A stretch of DNA of 61,848 bases, counting the filler, from Hausera hauseri (Eukaryota), in assembly GCA_046269625.1 (NCBI GenBank). It is 12 parts of 12 records of this genome, joined end to end, with 100 filler letters (N's around TTAATTAATTAA, not from the genome) between each part and the next. Parts side by side here need not be neighbours in the genome. Positions count along the whole stretch, not along the records: positions 18,044 to 22,964 come from JBJURY010391035.1; positions 23,065 to 28,773 come from JBJURY010201859.1; positions 28,874 to 37,714 come from JBJURY010524347.1; 9 more parts are not named here. The stretch is one strand, 5' to 3'. Made by a program: the position numbers and the translations under genes. The notes beneath the pieces are model-generated. The model saw nothing but the letters and a program-made list of their open reading frames with translations, did no database searches and had not been told where the DNA came from. Shown here piece by piece: positions 22,881-36,045 of the stretch (positions within the stretch are counted from its first letter, which is position 1; each line of letters begins with the position of its first letter).

Positions 22881-23064
22881 AGGTTAAATTCCAAATAGAT
22901 TTTTTTATTGATTTTTTTGTTAATTTGGTAAAATGGCAAGAGAATGTTAAAACTCTCATGGATGNNNNNNNNNNNNNNNNNNNNNNNNNNNNNNNNNNNN
23001 NNNNNNNNTTAATTAATTAANNNNNNNNNNNNNNNNNNNNNNNNNNNNNNNNNNNNNNNNNNNN

Positions 23065-23213
23065 CGGCAAAGAATGAAGTGTCTGGATGGTTTGCAAGAA
23101 TGGCTCGGAAGTAGGTCAACAGCAGAGATGATTGGGGACACTAGGAATCGCGAGAAATGGAGATCCATGACGGCCTACGCTTCGCAGCACGGCACCTGAT
23201 GATGATGATGATA
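23065..23213 (+). mobile_element. RTE-like LINE 3' end with (TGA)n tail
   Basis: RQRMKCLDGL...RNREKWRSMTAYASQHGT* followed by TGATGATGATGAT. Confidence 0.75.
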
Positions 23214-23533
23214 AATGTTCAGCATGACGCCCGGCCGCCTATACTTTTCCAGAGAATGTCTTCGAGGTCACTAACAATTTTGCTACCGCGTCTCCTAGGT
23301 TCAGACGTAGTAGCCAGAGATTTATAGAAAATACAATGAAAGAGGATGCAAACAATTGAAAGTTAACGGTGCTGTGTTATAAAAAACTGAATGAAGGTAA
23401 ATAAAGAGGAACACATCGGTGTGTGCGTATATACTTACAAATACATCACAAATAAATCGTTGTATCAAAGAAAATTTTATTTTGTTTTAAATGGATAATT
23501 CTGAACTATTCATCCATAATGTTGTTACTCTTT

Positions 23534-23930
23534 ATCATCATCATCATCATCATCATCATCCTAGAGTGAACGCCTTCAAATCAGTCATCATCCAGCAGGT
23601 CTTGTGGCGTCTCATAGGGCAGCAACAAATGTTTTCCAGCCAACTGTATGGTGCCCCAACTGTGCTGTATGCTGCTCAGTCCCACTTCCACTTGGTTATC
23701 TTTGGTCTCTTCCTCTTTTTCTCGTCCCGTCTGGTGTCCACCGCCTCGCGGTTCTGGTAATACCCTCTGGATCCTTCCCGAGGACGTATCCAATCCATCT
23801 CCATCCTAGTTTTTTAATCACTGAGCGGAAATCTTCCAGTCCACTTCGGTCGATGAGTTCCAGGTTACTAACGGTCTGTGACCATAAAACTCTGAGAGTT
23901 TTTTTGGGGACAAAGTGTGTGGAATGATGA
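23534..23930 (-). mobile_element. Second LINE (RTE-like) 3' end with (GAT)n tail, convergent with the first
   Basis: Minus frame LRVLWSQTVSNLEL...WRWIGYVLGK...ITRTARRWTPDGTRKRGR; (CAT)n at 23534-23560 on the plus strand. Confidence 0.75.
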
Positions 23931-24049
23931 CAACTTTGAAAGAAATTTCTTTGTTAGTTGACCTCCAACACCCTGTTCTATACATCATCACTGACATCCA
24001 GTTTCTATGATATATTTTGATTTTAATGTTGTTACAGACTAGTCTTATT

Positions 24050-24270
24050 GAGCAGCGATGGCGGAGTGGTTAACGTGCTCGCTTTCGATCGTGTTTCGAT
24101 CCCAGCTGTGCCGAGTTGAAATTTTTCGGACCAGAACTGCTCCAGGGGTTCACCAAGACTTTAAAAAATGGGTACCGGAGAAATTCTCTGGGAAAGTAAA
24201 GGCGGTCTGGCATTAAACTGACTCCACGTTCCCTTATACGTCTTTAAGGCGAGAGTGGTGTTCCTTTTAC
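24050..24270 (+). mobile_element. tRNA-derived SINE with a Deu/Nin-like core
   Basis: A box TGGCGGAGTGG (24059-24069), B box GTTTCGATCCC (24093-24103), then core-like TTCACC...AAATGGGTACC...GGGAAAGTAAAGGCGG. Confidence 0.7.
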
Positions 24271-24309
24271 TCACCAACTAATCTTAATTGTAGCTAGCCT
24301 TGATTAAAA

Positions 24310-24500
24310 ACTAATCTTATAAATGATTCGTTTTGATAGTGATTTGTCTTGTTAGTGACTTTTCTTGTTTATGACTAATCTTGTTAGCGACTAGTCTTGA
24401 GGTAACAAATCTCACTAGTGACTGCTCCTCCTTGTGACTAAACTTGTTAGAGACTAGATTTGTTGGTGAATAGACTTGTTAGTGATTAGTCTTACTGACT
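24310..24500. repeat. Degenerate 16-bp minisatellite (GTGACTAGTCTTGTTA consensus), overlapping the GPCR stop codon
   Basis: About 10 imperfect units at 16-nt spacing. Confidence 0.7.
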
Positions 24501-25636
24501 ACCGATATTCGTTTCCTCCAAGTCAGACACAGTTTTGACACTGCTTTCTTAAATTTCATGTTGAATTTGTAGTAGAGAAAGAAGTTGGCACTGGAGTGTA
24601 TAACCGTGGGTAAATGAAAACAGACGACATAGACACAAATGGAATAACTTCTAGATTCTCTGATGTTAAACTTTGGTATCACTCTGTTTAAAATACATGA
24701 AACCGTCATAGGCATATTAAATAAAATATGGAATGCTGAAAATATGCATACTTGTTTTGTTGCTCTGAGTTCTTTATTGCTGAGCACTTGCGAGATCCCC
24801 AATGACTTACTTTTTTGTTCTAAGTTACAATGGATGTCGTTCTGAAAGGTGGATTTCCTGGGAATGCTAGATGTAAATAATGTCATCTTTTGCCTTGACC
24901 TATATTCACTTGTTGGAGGAAAATACGACATTGGATTCCATAACACTCTCTTAACGATAACAGTCAGGGACACAAGAACAAGGGATACGCTGATACAGAT
25001 TAAAATTCCTTTGTTGAATATAGAAACAAAATCATCCGTCAGGTGGGAGACATCTTCTTCGTAAAGAAACATGTAGCTGATGTTTGTGAGAGGGTCTCTG
25101 ATCGTCTTCAAAGATTTCAGGCACAGTGATGGAGTGTAGCACGCGAAACAAGACACGCAGATACCAAAAATTATAATCGTCGTTCTTCTCTTTGTAAATA
25201 CTCGCTTAACGTGGAATGGAATGGCAACGCAACAACCTCGTTTTACGGCGATGAATGTCTTTATAACGAGACATATGTCGTAAACTGCATTTAAATAAAA
25301 TGCCTCTAAATAAAGTACACCGAATACATCCACAACAGTCTCTGGCACCATGTAATTAAGCAAGAACCAGGCTATGTTAGTTACGACCAGAAAAATGTAA
25401 CAGAAATCTGTTATGGACACTGCGAAGAAACAAATATCAACGCTGTCCCGGAAACCAATCATGGAATATATAACAATGTTCATGCAGTTTGTGACAACGC
25501 CAAACCCACACAAAGGAACCAGGCCGCTAAGAATGATGGGTAACATAGTCTGGAACCAGTGGTTATTTATACTTGCTCTTTGTGGAGTTTGGAATTGTGA
25601 TGATGTATTAAATGCCATGAAATCATTCAGTGACAT
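24479..25636 (-). CDS. Intronless rhodopsin-family 7TM GPCR of the gastropod chemosensory-receptor type (385 aa)
   Basis: Seven hydrophobic segments; FGVVTNCMNIVIY..GFRDSVDICFFAVSITDF (TM1-2); FIAVKRGCCVAIPFHVKRVFTKRRT (TM3-ICL2); HSSANFFLYYKFNMKFK (TM7-H8). These resemble Aplysia/Elysia/Biomphalaria chemoreceptor-like proteins. Confidence 0.9.
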   Translation of the reverse strand: MSLNDFMAFNTSSQFQTPQRASINNHWFQTMLPIILSGLVPLCGFGVVTNCMNIVIYSMIGFRDSVDICFFAVSITDFCYIFLVVTNIAWFLLNYMVPETVVDVFGVLYLEAFYLNAVYDICLVIKTFIAVKRGCCVAIPFHVKRVFTKRRTTIIIFGICVSCFACYTPSLCLKSLKTIRDPLTNISYMFLYEEDVSHLTDDFVSIFNKGILICISVSLVLVSLTVIVKRVLWNPMSYFPPTSEYRSRQKMTLFTSSIPRKSTFQNDIHCNLEQKSKSLGISQVLSNKELRATKQVCIFSAFHILFNMPMTVSCILNRVIPKFNIRESRSYSICVYVVCFHLPTVIHSSANFFLYYKFNMKFKKAVSKLCLTWRKRISVVSKTNH

Positions 25637-26835
25637 GGTTAGTTAGTCGACAGATTGTCCCACAGCAGACAGAATAAGACTAGGTGTTTCGATCTCTTCT
25701 TCAATAGCGCTAACACCAGTCCACTGACAGTTTCGGTTCCATGTTGACTAATCGCATGTTCCTAGCATATAAAGTGGTATGATTGAAACGTAGCCTACTT
25801 ACATGACTAGAATGTGACGATTTAACTTGCCGTATAAGCTGTTGATTAGTAGGAAGAAAGCATTCACGAAACACAATTATTTATGAACTTAGAAAAGCTT
25901 GATTTGTTGTTAAGATTTTTGCGACTTTCTATTACATTAAACAATTCACACAGTGTATTTTTCAACAATGTATTGTTTTCCTTTGGAAATAATCTCTTCG
26001 TAGAGGCAGTACAACATTCAACTGTACAACACTCATATACGTCGATAAACTGGGCGACAAAAGGCATGGGCACAAGAGACAAGACACAATAAAGTAAATG
26101 CAGCTTGTCCTTATTGTGGCAGGAAATGCAAATCTCGCATTGGTAGATTTAGTCATGATACATTCTGCTTCTGAAGAGACAAATAGGTCAGTTTTCTGAA
26201 TCATTGACCAGCGGGATAACATCTATGACTATGACACAACGCCGAGCCACAGACACATACACATTGTCTCTACCGATCTTTGAAGAACTTTTGCTAATGT
26301 CCTGTCTGTGAAGAACTATTCCTTCTATGGCTTGCATATAAAGAACTTATGTTTCTGTGGTCTGTCCGCAAACAACTTCCTTCTGTTGCCTGTTTTGAAG
26401 AACTTCTGTCATTAATTTCTCCCTATCTGTCAATAATTTCTCCTCAAAATTCCTTTCTTTCAACAATTAAGAAAAATGAACAATGCCAATTTTCCGAAGT
26501 TAATTGTATGTATTCACAAACAGTTTATTGTTTCGTAAGTACTTATTTACATTATAATTCATTCCTTGTTTTGAGACGACAGAAAATATCAATAAAACCG
26601 AGAGTGTAAGAACGAACATAATTAATGGCAAAAACTACAAGTGATATAAATGTAAGTTTCAGAAAGTCAAATGTGGCCGAGAAAAAAACTGAAAACAGTA
26701 CCGATTACTTCACGTAACAAAAAACACACACAGGCAAACATATATGCATACAACACCACAAGTATACACACATTCGCACACACGTTTTGAAATAAACGAT
26801 TTACCCAATTAAAAACAGGTCTTTCTCTGTTCCAC

Positions 26836-26980
26836 GGGTGTGCGATTGGTCTAGTGGTTGTTCACGTGGTTCAGTTTGGTTGAATGTACGTCCCAGTTCA
26901 CACAGCCGTAAATAGATACCGGAGATGTTTTCTCTGGGAACTGATAAGGCGTGGTGCTATCCACATGATCCGTTAGCGTG
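26836..26980 (+). mobile_element. Older remnant of a related SINE
   Basis: TGGTCTAGTGG A-box, then GTTCACACAGCC.TAAATAGATACCGGAG..TTCTCTGGGAA..TAAGGCG, parallel to 24148-24205. Confidence 0.55.
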
Positions 26981-27639
26981 CTATTATGGGTACATAATAT
27001 GGTTTTATCACCTCGTAAATGCAGAACGCCATTTAAACTTTTTTGGGGGGTCTTTATTGTAATTCTAACGCCATCATAATCTGTTTGTTGTTTGTGGATT
27101 CAGCAATGTTTTGTGGTACATTCCCTTTAGTAGTCCGGGTTACGGTTGTATCTTTTTCTTAACTGAAGAACAGTGGTGACAGTTTTTTCAACTGTGTCCA
27201 GCATTGTTCACAGCTAAGTGATCATTATTTCTTATCTTATATTTTAAATGTATCCATTCGACAAAAGTGCGTACAGAATAATCCCTTCTGCTTGTGTCAT
27301 TTGTCACATAACTCGAATGTATTGTTCGCCTTTTATTTCGGCAAGAACACCTCTTAGGATTGACTATTGAATACTAGAAAAGTGTAGCGGTTTTTATACC
27401 ATGTAGTTAGTATAGTGATAGAATGGTGCCGACAAATTATCATTGCAATTGGATTATGTGATTATTATTTGAAGAATGGTGCAAGGTTGGTTTGGCGTCG
27501 AGGTTTCTGTTTAACGCAGGGAACAGCCAAACTGTTTACATATTATGGGAGTCAAAGAAAACTTACATCCCTGACGTCGAGGACATTGAGAGGGTGATTT
27601 GTTGCAGTGGTTATAGCGGCGTCATCGTCACCAAGGCAA

Positions 27640-27812
27640 CCAGCAAAGAAAGAACTTTTTTTTTGGCATGATGTCCACAACTTGCCAGAAAGATGGCGAA
27701 ATTTGTTAGATAACAATAGACAATACTTTGAATAAAATATTGTGTATCATTCTTTTCAAATCAACGCGTTATTTTCATTAAAAGCAATGGTTTGATAATT
27801 GTACACCTGATA
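27640..27812 (+). mobile_element. Mariner transposon 3' end remnant
   Basis: FWHDVHNLPERWRNLLDNNRQYFE* (cf. GIxxLPERWxKxVxxxGQYFE) and a Mos1-like TIR end TGTACACCTGATA. Confidence 0.8.
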
Positions 27813-28275
27813 CATGTAGTTCATGTAGAGTTGAGCTATCGCCGAAAAAGGTTGGTTTTTCAATTTTCGCCCATTGATAAAATGTTACGTTAAAATGTTA
27901 ATAAAATTTTAAATATAGACCACTGATGATAAAACTAAGCAGCACACGTGTCCGAGGATATGCAGTTTGAATTGGACACCGTATTTCGTATTTAAATTTA
28001 TGAAAAAGCCAAATACATACAATACTTTCAATTTTATTGATAAAAATGTCTGGATTGAAGATAAGGTTATGCAGAGACGGTTGCACCAAACATTGTTTCA
28101 GAGTAGTTGAAAGTAACAGAAGAAAACAGCCGGCGTGCGTTAGTTACCTTTGTGGTCTCACCAACAATGAGATAAAAACCAGTTCGCCTGGAACAATGTT
28201 TGAACATAAACCATCCAGATTTAAGGGATAAATCAAAGGCATTTTTTTGCCGACAAACTCAGCTCTCTAATACAT

Positions 28276-28410
28276 TTGAAAGTAGATTCATCCGTTGGAA
28301 ATAGAATCATCCGTTGAAAGTAAAATCTTCCATTGAAAGTAGATTCATCCATTAAAAGCAGAATCATCCGTTGAATGTAGATTCATCCGTTGAAAGTAGC
28401 TTCATCCGTT
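28276..28410. repeat. 19-bp minisatellite TTGAAAGTAGATTCATCCG, about 7 copies
   Basis: Directly visible head-to-tail units without spacers. Confidence 0.9.
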
Positions 28411-28873
28411 TCTTTTAATCACGAAAACGACGCAGTGGGCACATCGTATGAACTGGACTTTCTTATTGCTAAGGGCAAAAAAAAAAAAAAGACTCATTCT
28501 ACTGTAAACTCAGCTGGCGAAAGTTGCGATGGTCGTTTTCATACCTTCATTTCAACATGATAATGTTAGTTGGATTTTCAGCACTAACTGCTGTTAAACA
28601 TTGTTGAGGGTTAGTTCTCTGAGTGGCCAATTTCCTTTCTGTTTTTTTTTCATAAGTTATTACTATACTCATGTCTCCTTTGGGAATGCATTTTTTGTTG
28701 ACGGCATCATAAAAAGACTTTTGACTTTACAGTTCATCTAACAAATCTGTTTTAGCTGATATCGGGGAAAGTGNNNNNNNNNNNNNNNNNNNNNNNNNNN
28801 NNNNNNNNNNNNNNNNNTTAATTAATTAANNNNNNNNNNNNNNNNNNNNNNNNNNNNNNNNNNNNNNNNNNNN

Positions 28874-31800
28874 ATGTAGTCATCACATGTAGTCCTCACA
28901 CGTAGTTGTCACATGTCGTCGAATGTAGTCGTCACATGTACTCGTCACATCTAGTAGTCACATGTGGTCGTCACATGTAGTCTTCGCATGTAGTCGTCAC
29001 ATGTAGTCTTCACATGTAGCGATCATATGCATTCGTCTCATGTAGTCATCACGTGTAGTCGCCACATGTACTCGTCACATATAATCTTCGCATGTAGTCT
29101 TCACATGTAGTCGTCACATGTCGTCACATGTAGTCGTTACATGTAGTTTGACATGTAGTCTTCACATGTAGTCACATATATTGTTCACATGTAGTCGTCA
29201 CATTTAGTCGTCACATGTAATCTTCATATGTAGTCATCCTATGTATTCCTGACACGTAGATGTTATATGTCGTCGAATGTATTCGTCACGTGTAGTCGTC
29301 ACATGTAGTCGTCACATGTAATCGTTACATGTAGTCGTCACATGTAGTCATCACATGTAGTTGTCACATGTACTCGTCACATGTCGTCACATATAGTCTT
29401 GGCATGTAGTCGTCACATATAGTCGTTACATATAGTTGTTACATATTTTCTTTACATGTAGTCGTCACATATAGTCGTCACATGTAGTCATCACACGTAG
29501 TTTTCACACGTAGTTGTCACATGTCGTCGTATGTAGTCTTCACATGTAGTCGTTACATGTCGTCAAATGTAGTCATAACATATAGTCGTCACGTGTAGTC
29601 GTCACATGTGATCGTCACATATAGTCGTTACATGCGTCCTCAGATGTAATCGTCACACGTAGTCGTCATATGTAGTCTTCACATGTAGTCGTCACATGTC
29701 GTCGCACGTATTCGTCACATGCAGTCCTCACATGTAGTCGTCGTAAGTTGTCGTCACATGCCGTCTTAACATGTAGTCGTCACATGTTGAATGTCAGAAG
29801 CAGTCTTCACATGTAGTCGTCACATTTATTCGTCACATTTAGTCCTCACATGTAGTCGTCACATGTCGTCACATGTTCTCGGCACATGTTGTTTTCACTT
29901 GTTGTCGTCACATGTAGTCTTCACATGTAGTCGTCACATATAGTCGTCACATATAGTCGTCACATGTAGTCCTCACATGTCGTCACATAGTCGTCACATG
30001 CAGTCGTTACATGTAGCCTTGACATGCAGTTTTCACATGTAGTCGTCACATATATTCGTTACGTATAGTCGTCATATGTGGTCATCATATATAATCGTCA
30101 CATTCGTCATATATTATCGTCACATAGTCGTCACATTTTCGTCACAGTCATCACATGTAGTCGTCACATATATTCTTCACATGTAGTCGTGACATGTTGT
30201 CGTCACATGTAGGCCTTACATGTACTCGTCACATGTGCTCGTCACATGTACTCGTCACAAGTACTCGTCACATGTGCTCGTCATATGTAGTCTACACATG
30301 CATTCGTCACATGTAGTCGTCACATGTAGTCTGTACATGTAGTCTTCACATGTAGTCGTCACATGTCGTCACATGTAGTCGTGACATGTAGCCTTGACAT
30401 GTAGTCTTCATATGTCGTCGTCACATATATTCGTCTCATACTCGTCACATGTAGTCATTATATATTATCGTCATATATTCGTCATGTATTATCGTCACAT
30501 ATAATCGTCACATTCGTCACATAGTCATCACGTAGTCGTCACATATATTCTTCACATGTAGTCGTCACATTTATTCGTTACATGTAGTCGTCACATGTAG
30601 TCATCACATGTAGTCCTCACACGTTGTCGTCACATATAGTCTTCACATGTAGTGATCATATGCATTCGTCACATGTAGTCATCACGTGTAGTCGCCACAT
30701 GTACTAGTCACGTATAGTCTCCGCATGTAGCCGTCACATCTAGTCGTCACATATAGTTGTTACATATTGTCTTCACATGTAGTCTTCACATGTAGTCGTC
30801 ACATATAGTCGTATCATGTAATCGTCACGTGTAGTTATCACATGTACTCGTCACATCTCGTCACATGTAGTCGTTACATGTAGTTTGACATGTAGTCTTC
30901 ACATGTTGTCGTCACATATCTTCGTCACATAGTCATCGCATGTAGTCGTCTTATATATATTCTTCACATGTAGTCGTCACATGTAGTCGTCACATTTAGT
31001 CGTCACATGTAGTCTTCATGTGTAGTCATGACATGTAGCCCTCACACGTAGTTGTCATATATTGTCGAATGTAGTCGTCACGTGTAGTCGTTACATGTAG
31101 TCGTCAGATGTAGTCTTCACATGTAGTCGTCACATGTCGTCACAAGTAGTCGTTACGTGTAGTTTGACATGTAGTCTTCACATGTTGTCCTCACATATCT
31201 TCGTCACATAGTCATCGCATGTAGTCGTCATATATATATTCTTCACATGTAGTCGTCACATGTACTCGTCACGTAATCGTCACATATAATCGTATCATGT
31301 AATCGTCACGTGTAGTCATCACGTGTACTCGTCGCATGTAGTCTTCACATGTAGTCGTCACATGTCGTCACATGTAATCTTCACATGTAGTCCTCACACG
31401 TAGATGTCACATATCGTCGAATGTAGTCGTCACGTGTAGTCGTCACATGTAGTCGTCACATGTAATCGTTGCATGTAGTCGTTACACGTAGTCGTCAGAT
31501 GTAATCGTCACAGGTAGTCGTCACATTAAGACGTCACGTGTAGTCGTCACGTCGTCACATGTAGTAGTAACATAGTCGTCACNNNNNNNNNNNNNNNNNN
31601 NNNNNNNNNNNNNNNNNNNNNNNNNNNNNNNNNNNNNNNNNNNNNNNNNNNNNNNNNNNNNNNNNNNNNNNNNNNNNNNNNNATGTAGTCGTCACATGTG
31701 ATCGTCACATATAGTCGTTACATGCGTCCTCAGATGTAATCGTCACAGGTAGTCGTCACATGTAGTTTTCACATGTAGTCTTCCCATGTAGTCGTCATAT

Positions 31801-34800
31801 GTGGTCTTCACATGTAGTCGTCACATGCAGTGCTCACATGTGGTCGTCGTATGTAGTCGTCACATGTCGTCTTAACATGTAGTCGTCACATGTTGAATGT
31901 CAGAAGTAGTCTTCACATGTAGTCGTCAAATTTATTCGTCACATTTAGTCCTTACATGTAGTCGTCACATGTCGTCGTCACATGTTGTCGTCACATGTAG
32001 GCGTCACATGTACTCGTCACATGTTCTCGCACATGTAGTTGTCATATGTGGTCGTCACATGTAGTTTTCACATGTAGTCGTCACATATAGTCGTCACATA
32101 TAATCGTCACATGTAGTCCTCACATGTCGTCAGATGTAGTCGTCACATGTGATCATCCCATGTGGTCGTGACATGTAGTCGTCAGAAGTAGTCTTCACAT
32201 GTAGTCGTCACATGTCGTCACATGTAGTCCTCACATGTAGTCGTTACATGTAGCCTTGACATGCAGTCTTCACATGTAGTCGTCACATATATTCGTTATA
32301 TATAGTCGTCATATGTGGTCATCATATATAATCGTCACATTCGTCATATATTATCGTCACATTCGTCATATATTATCGTCACATATAGTCGTCACATATT
32401 CCTCACAGTCATCACATGTAGTCGTCACATATATTCTTCACATGTTGTGACATTTAATTGTCACATTTAGTCGTCACATGTAGTCGTCACATGTAGTCGT
32501 CACATGTAGGCGTCACATGTACTCGTCACATGTGCTCGTCATATGTATTCTCACATGCATTCGTCACATGTAGTCGTCACATGTAGTCTGTACATGTAGT
32601 CGTCACATGTAGGATTTACATGTAGTCTTCACATGTAGTCTTCACATGTCGTCGTCACATGTCGTCACATGTAGTTATCTCGTGTAGTCTTTACATGTTG
32701 TCTTCACATGTAGTTGTCATATATATTCATCACGTGTAAGCGTCAAATATAGTCGTTACATGTAATCGCCACATGTAGTCCTAACATGTATTCGTCACAT
32801 TTGTTCGTCTCATTTAGTCGTAACATGTAGTCGTCACATGTCGTCACATGAAATCGTCACATGTAGTTGTCACATGTAGTCTTCACATGTAGTTGTCACA
32901 TAGTCGTCACATGTAGTCATCATATATGATCGTGACATATTCGTCATATATAAGCGTCGCGTGTAGTCGTCACGTATATTCGTCACATATAGTCGTCACA
33001 TTTTGTCGTCGCATGTAGTCGTCACTTGTAGTCGGCCCATGTACTCCTCACATGTAGTTGTCACATAGTCGTCACATGTACTCGTCACATGTACTCGTCA
33101 CATGTAGTCATCACATGTTGTTGCCACATGTAGTCGTCACATGTAGTCTTCACATGTAGTCGTCACATGTACTCGTCACATGTAATCGTCACATGTACTC
33201 TGCACATATAGTCGTCACATGTTGTCGTCACATGTAGTCGTCACATGTAGACGTCAGATGTAGTCGTCACATGTCGTCAGATGTCGTCGTCACATATGGT
33301 CGTCACATGTAGTCGTCACATGTGATCGTCACATATAGTCGTTACATGCGTCCTCAGATGTAATCGTCACAGGTAGTCGTCACTTGTAGTCGTCACATGT
33401 AGTCTTCACATGTCGTCGCACGTATTCGTCGCATGTAGTCTTCACATGTAGTAGTCGTATGTAGTCGTCACATGTTGTAACATGTAGTCTTCACATATAT
33501 TCGTCATATGCAGTCCTCACATGTAGTCGTCGTATGTAGTCGTCACATGTCGTCTTAACGTGTAGTCGTCACATGTTGAATGTCAGAAGTAGTCTTCACA
33601 CGAAGTCGTCACATTTATTCGTCACATTTAGTTCTCACATGTAGTCGTCACATGTTGTCGTCACATGTAGGCGTCACATGTAGTCGTCACATGTAGTCGT
33701 CACATATACTCGTCTCATGTACTCGTTACATGTACTCGGCACATGTAGTTGTCACATGTGGTCGTCACATGTAGTCTTCACATGTAGTCGTCACATGTTG
33801 TCTTCACATGGACGTCACATATAGTCGTCACATGTAATCGTCACATATAATCTTCACGTGTAGTGATCATATGCAGTCGTCTCATGTAGTCATCACATGT
33901 AATCTTTACATGCAGTCATTCCATGTAGTCTTCACATGTAGTGGTTAGATATTGTCGTCACATATAGTCGTCACATGTAGTCGTCACATGATCGTTACAT
34001 GTAGTCGTTACATCTAGTCGTCACATGTAGTCATCTCATGTAGTTGTCACATGTAGTCGTCACAAGTACTCGTCACGTGTAGTAATCACATGTGGTCGTC
34101 ACATGTAGTCCTCACACGTTGTTGGCACATGTTGTCGTCAAATGTAGTCGTCACGTGTAGTCGTCACATGTTGTCGTGACATTTAGTCGGTACATGTAGT
34201 CGTCACATGTAGTCGTCACATGTAGTCGTCACATGTAGATTTTCACATGTAGTAGTCACATATAGTCGTCACATGCAGTGGTCACATGTAGTCGTAACAC
34301 GTAGTCGTCACACGTAGTCTTCACATGTAGTCGTCACATGTAGTCGTCACATGTAGATGTTACACTTAGTCTTCACATGTAGTCGTCACATGTCGTAACA
34401 TGTAGTCTTCACATATAGTCGTCATATGTAGTCGTCACATGCAGTCCTCAGATGTAGTCGTCACATGTGATCGTCCCATGTGGTCGTCACATGTAGTCGT
34501 CAGAAGTAGTCTTCACATGTAGTCGTCACATATAGTCTTCGCATGTAGTCGTCACATCTAGTCGTCACATATAGTTGTTACATATTGTCTTCACGTGTAG
34601 TCGTCACATATAGTCGTATCATGTAATCGTCACGTGTAGTCTTCACAAGTACTTGTCACATGTAGTCGTCACATGTAGTCTTCACGTGTAGTCGTCACAT
34701 GTAGTCGTTTTATGTAGTCGTCGCATGTCTTCGTCACATGTCGTCGTCCCATGTTGTCGTCACATATGGTCGTCACATATGTTCATGACATATAGTTGTC

Positions 34801-35105
34801 ACATTGTCGTCACATATTGTCGTCACATGGTTATCACATTGTCGTCTTATTTAGTCGTCATATATTGTCTTCATATCTTGTTAATTGTAGTCGTTGTATG
34901 TTGTCGTCATAAGTATTCGTCATATGTAGTCATCATATGTAGTCGTCATATGTAATCGTCATATGTAGTTGTCATATGTAATCGTCATATGTAGTCGTTA
35001 TATGTATTCGTCATATATAGTCCTCATATATAGTCCTCATATATAGTCGTCATATATAGTCGTCGTATATGGACGTCACGTATCGTTATATGTCATATAG
35101 TCATA
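28874..35105. repeat. About 6.2-kb satellite of a 13-bp unit CACATGTAGTCGT with 10/11-bp deletion variants (gap at 31583-31682)
   Basis: Hundreds of imperfect tandem units; recurring variant blocks indicate higher-order duplication. Confidence 0.97.
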
Positions 35106-36045
35106 TTTTTCAAGAATTTAGGAATTGCTTTATGACTGAATTTGCATTTTCCAGCACCAATCTCGTCAGAAACTTCTTTGTAATCTCCCGGACAGGATAC
35201 CCTTCATTACTCAAAGCAGCAATAAAACCTTGAATTTATGTAAAGTGTTTAGATATTTTAAGCAATATCGCATTACGAAAATGCAGTTTTGTGAATTTGT
35301 CTTGGTAACTTTTTTGCTCACCGCTATGTATTTGTCTAATTAACAATCGCATATTCTGTCATGTAAAATTTTGCTATGCAGGAGTGACTACAGACTATTG
35401 GCCAAACATTCGATGGATAATTCTTTTTTGGCAAGAAATCAAGCAAACATAAATGGAATATTAAAATAGCATTATCTTGGTAAAAGGAACGAAAGCTTTG
35501 TCAAAGTTTTTAAAGTTACAAAATGTGGTAAGAGAGACTTGAGCATATGTGTATCTCATTGAAAAGCTCCAATTGTGTTATTTTGGCTTTGTAGTTAAAA
35601 CGTTTTTTTATATTATTCATCAGTACTATATGTTAAACGCGTCTAACTACATGTTACAAAAAACCTTGTGTGACTGTAAGATGTGCTCCCTTGTAAATAG
35701 CAGCTCCAAATGTGTTTCAACACGGGAAACAATAGCCGTAAACGTTCTCTTAATATCTAACTTAATTTTCTTCCCATATATCCTCTTCCGTATAGTAGTT
35801 TTCGCAAAAACGTCAACTAACTTCTTTGAAATATTATATTTCTATTGATACGAGTGTTGTCATTGTTTTACAATCGAAACGCTGGTAAGGTATACTTAAT
35901 GAAAGTTTAAGTTTCATTTGGTACAATACATTTGATTTGTAATATACACCTTTATGCAAATTTTGTCGCATTATAGAGTATCACAAATAAACAGATGCAT
36001 GCAATGCGACAGGTTAGCGAGAAAATGTATGACATATTTTACGTA

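Noticed and set aside
23491-23760. ORF with a poly-His tract
   Set aside because: It is a translation of the (CAT)n LINE tail on the opposite strand.
27826-28270. Possible MITE with imperfect terminal inverted repeats
   Set aside because: The end match is too loose to support without other copies.
28445-28505. SYELDFLIAKGKK resembles a hAT/Buster transposase motif
   Set aside because: It is too short and isolated to call.
28276-35105. Regular short repeats as a CRISPR-like array
   Set aside because: Units are head-to-tail with no unique spacers, there are no cas genes, and the context is eukaryotic.
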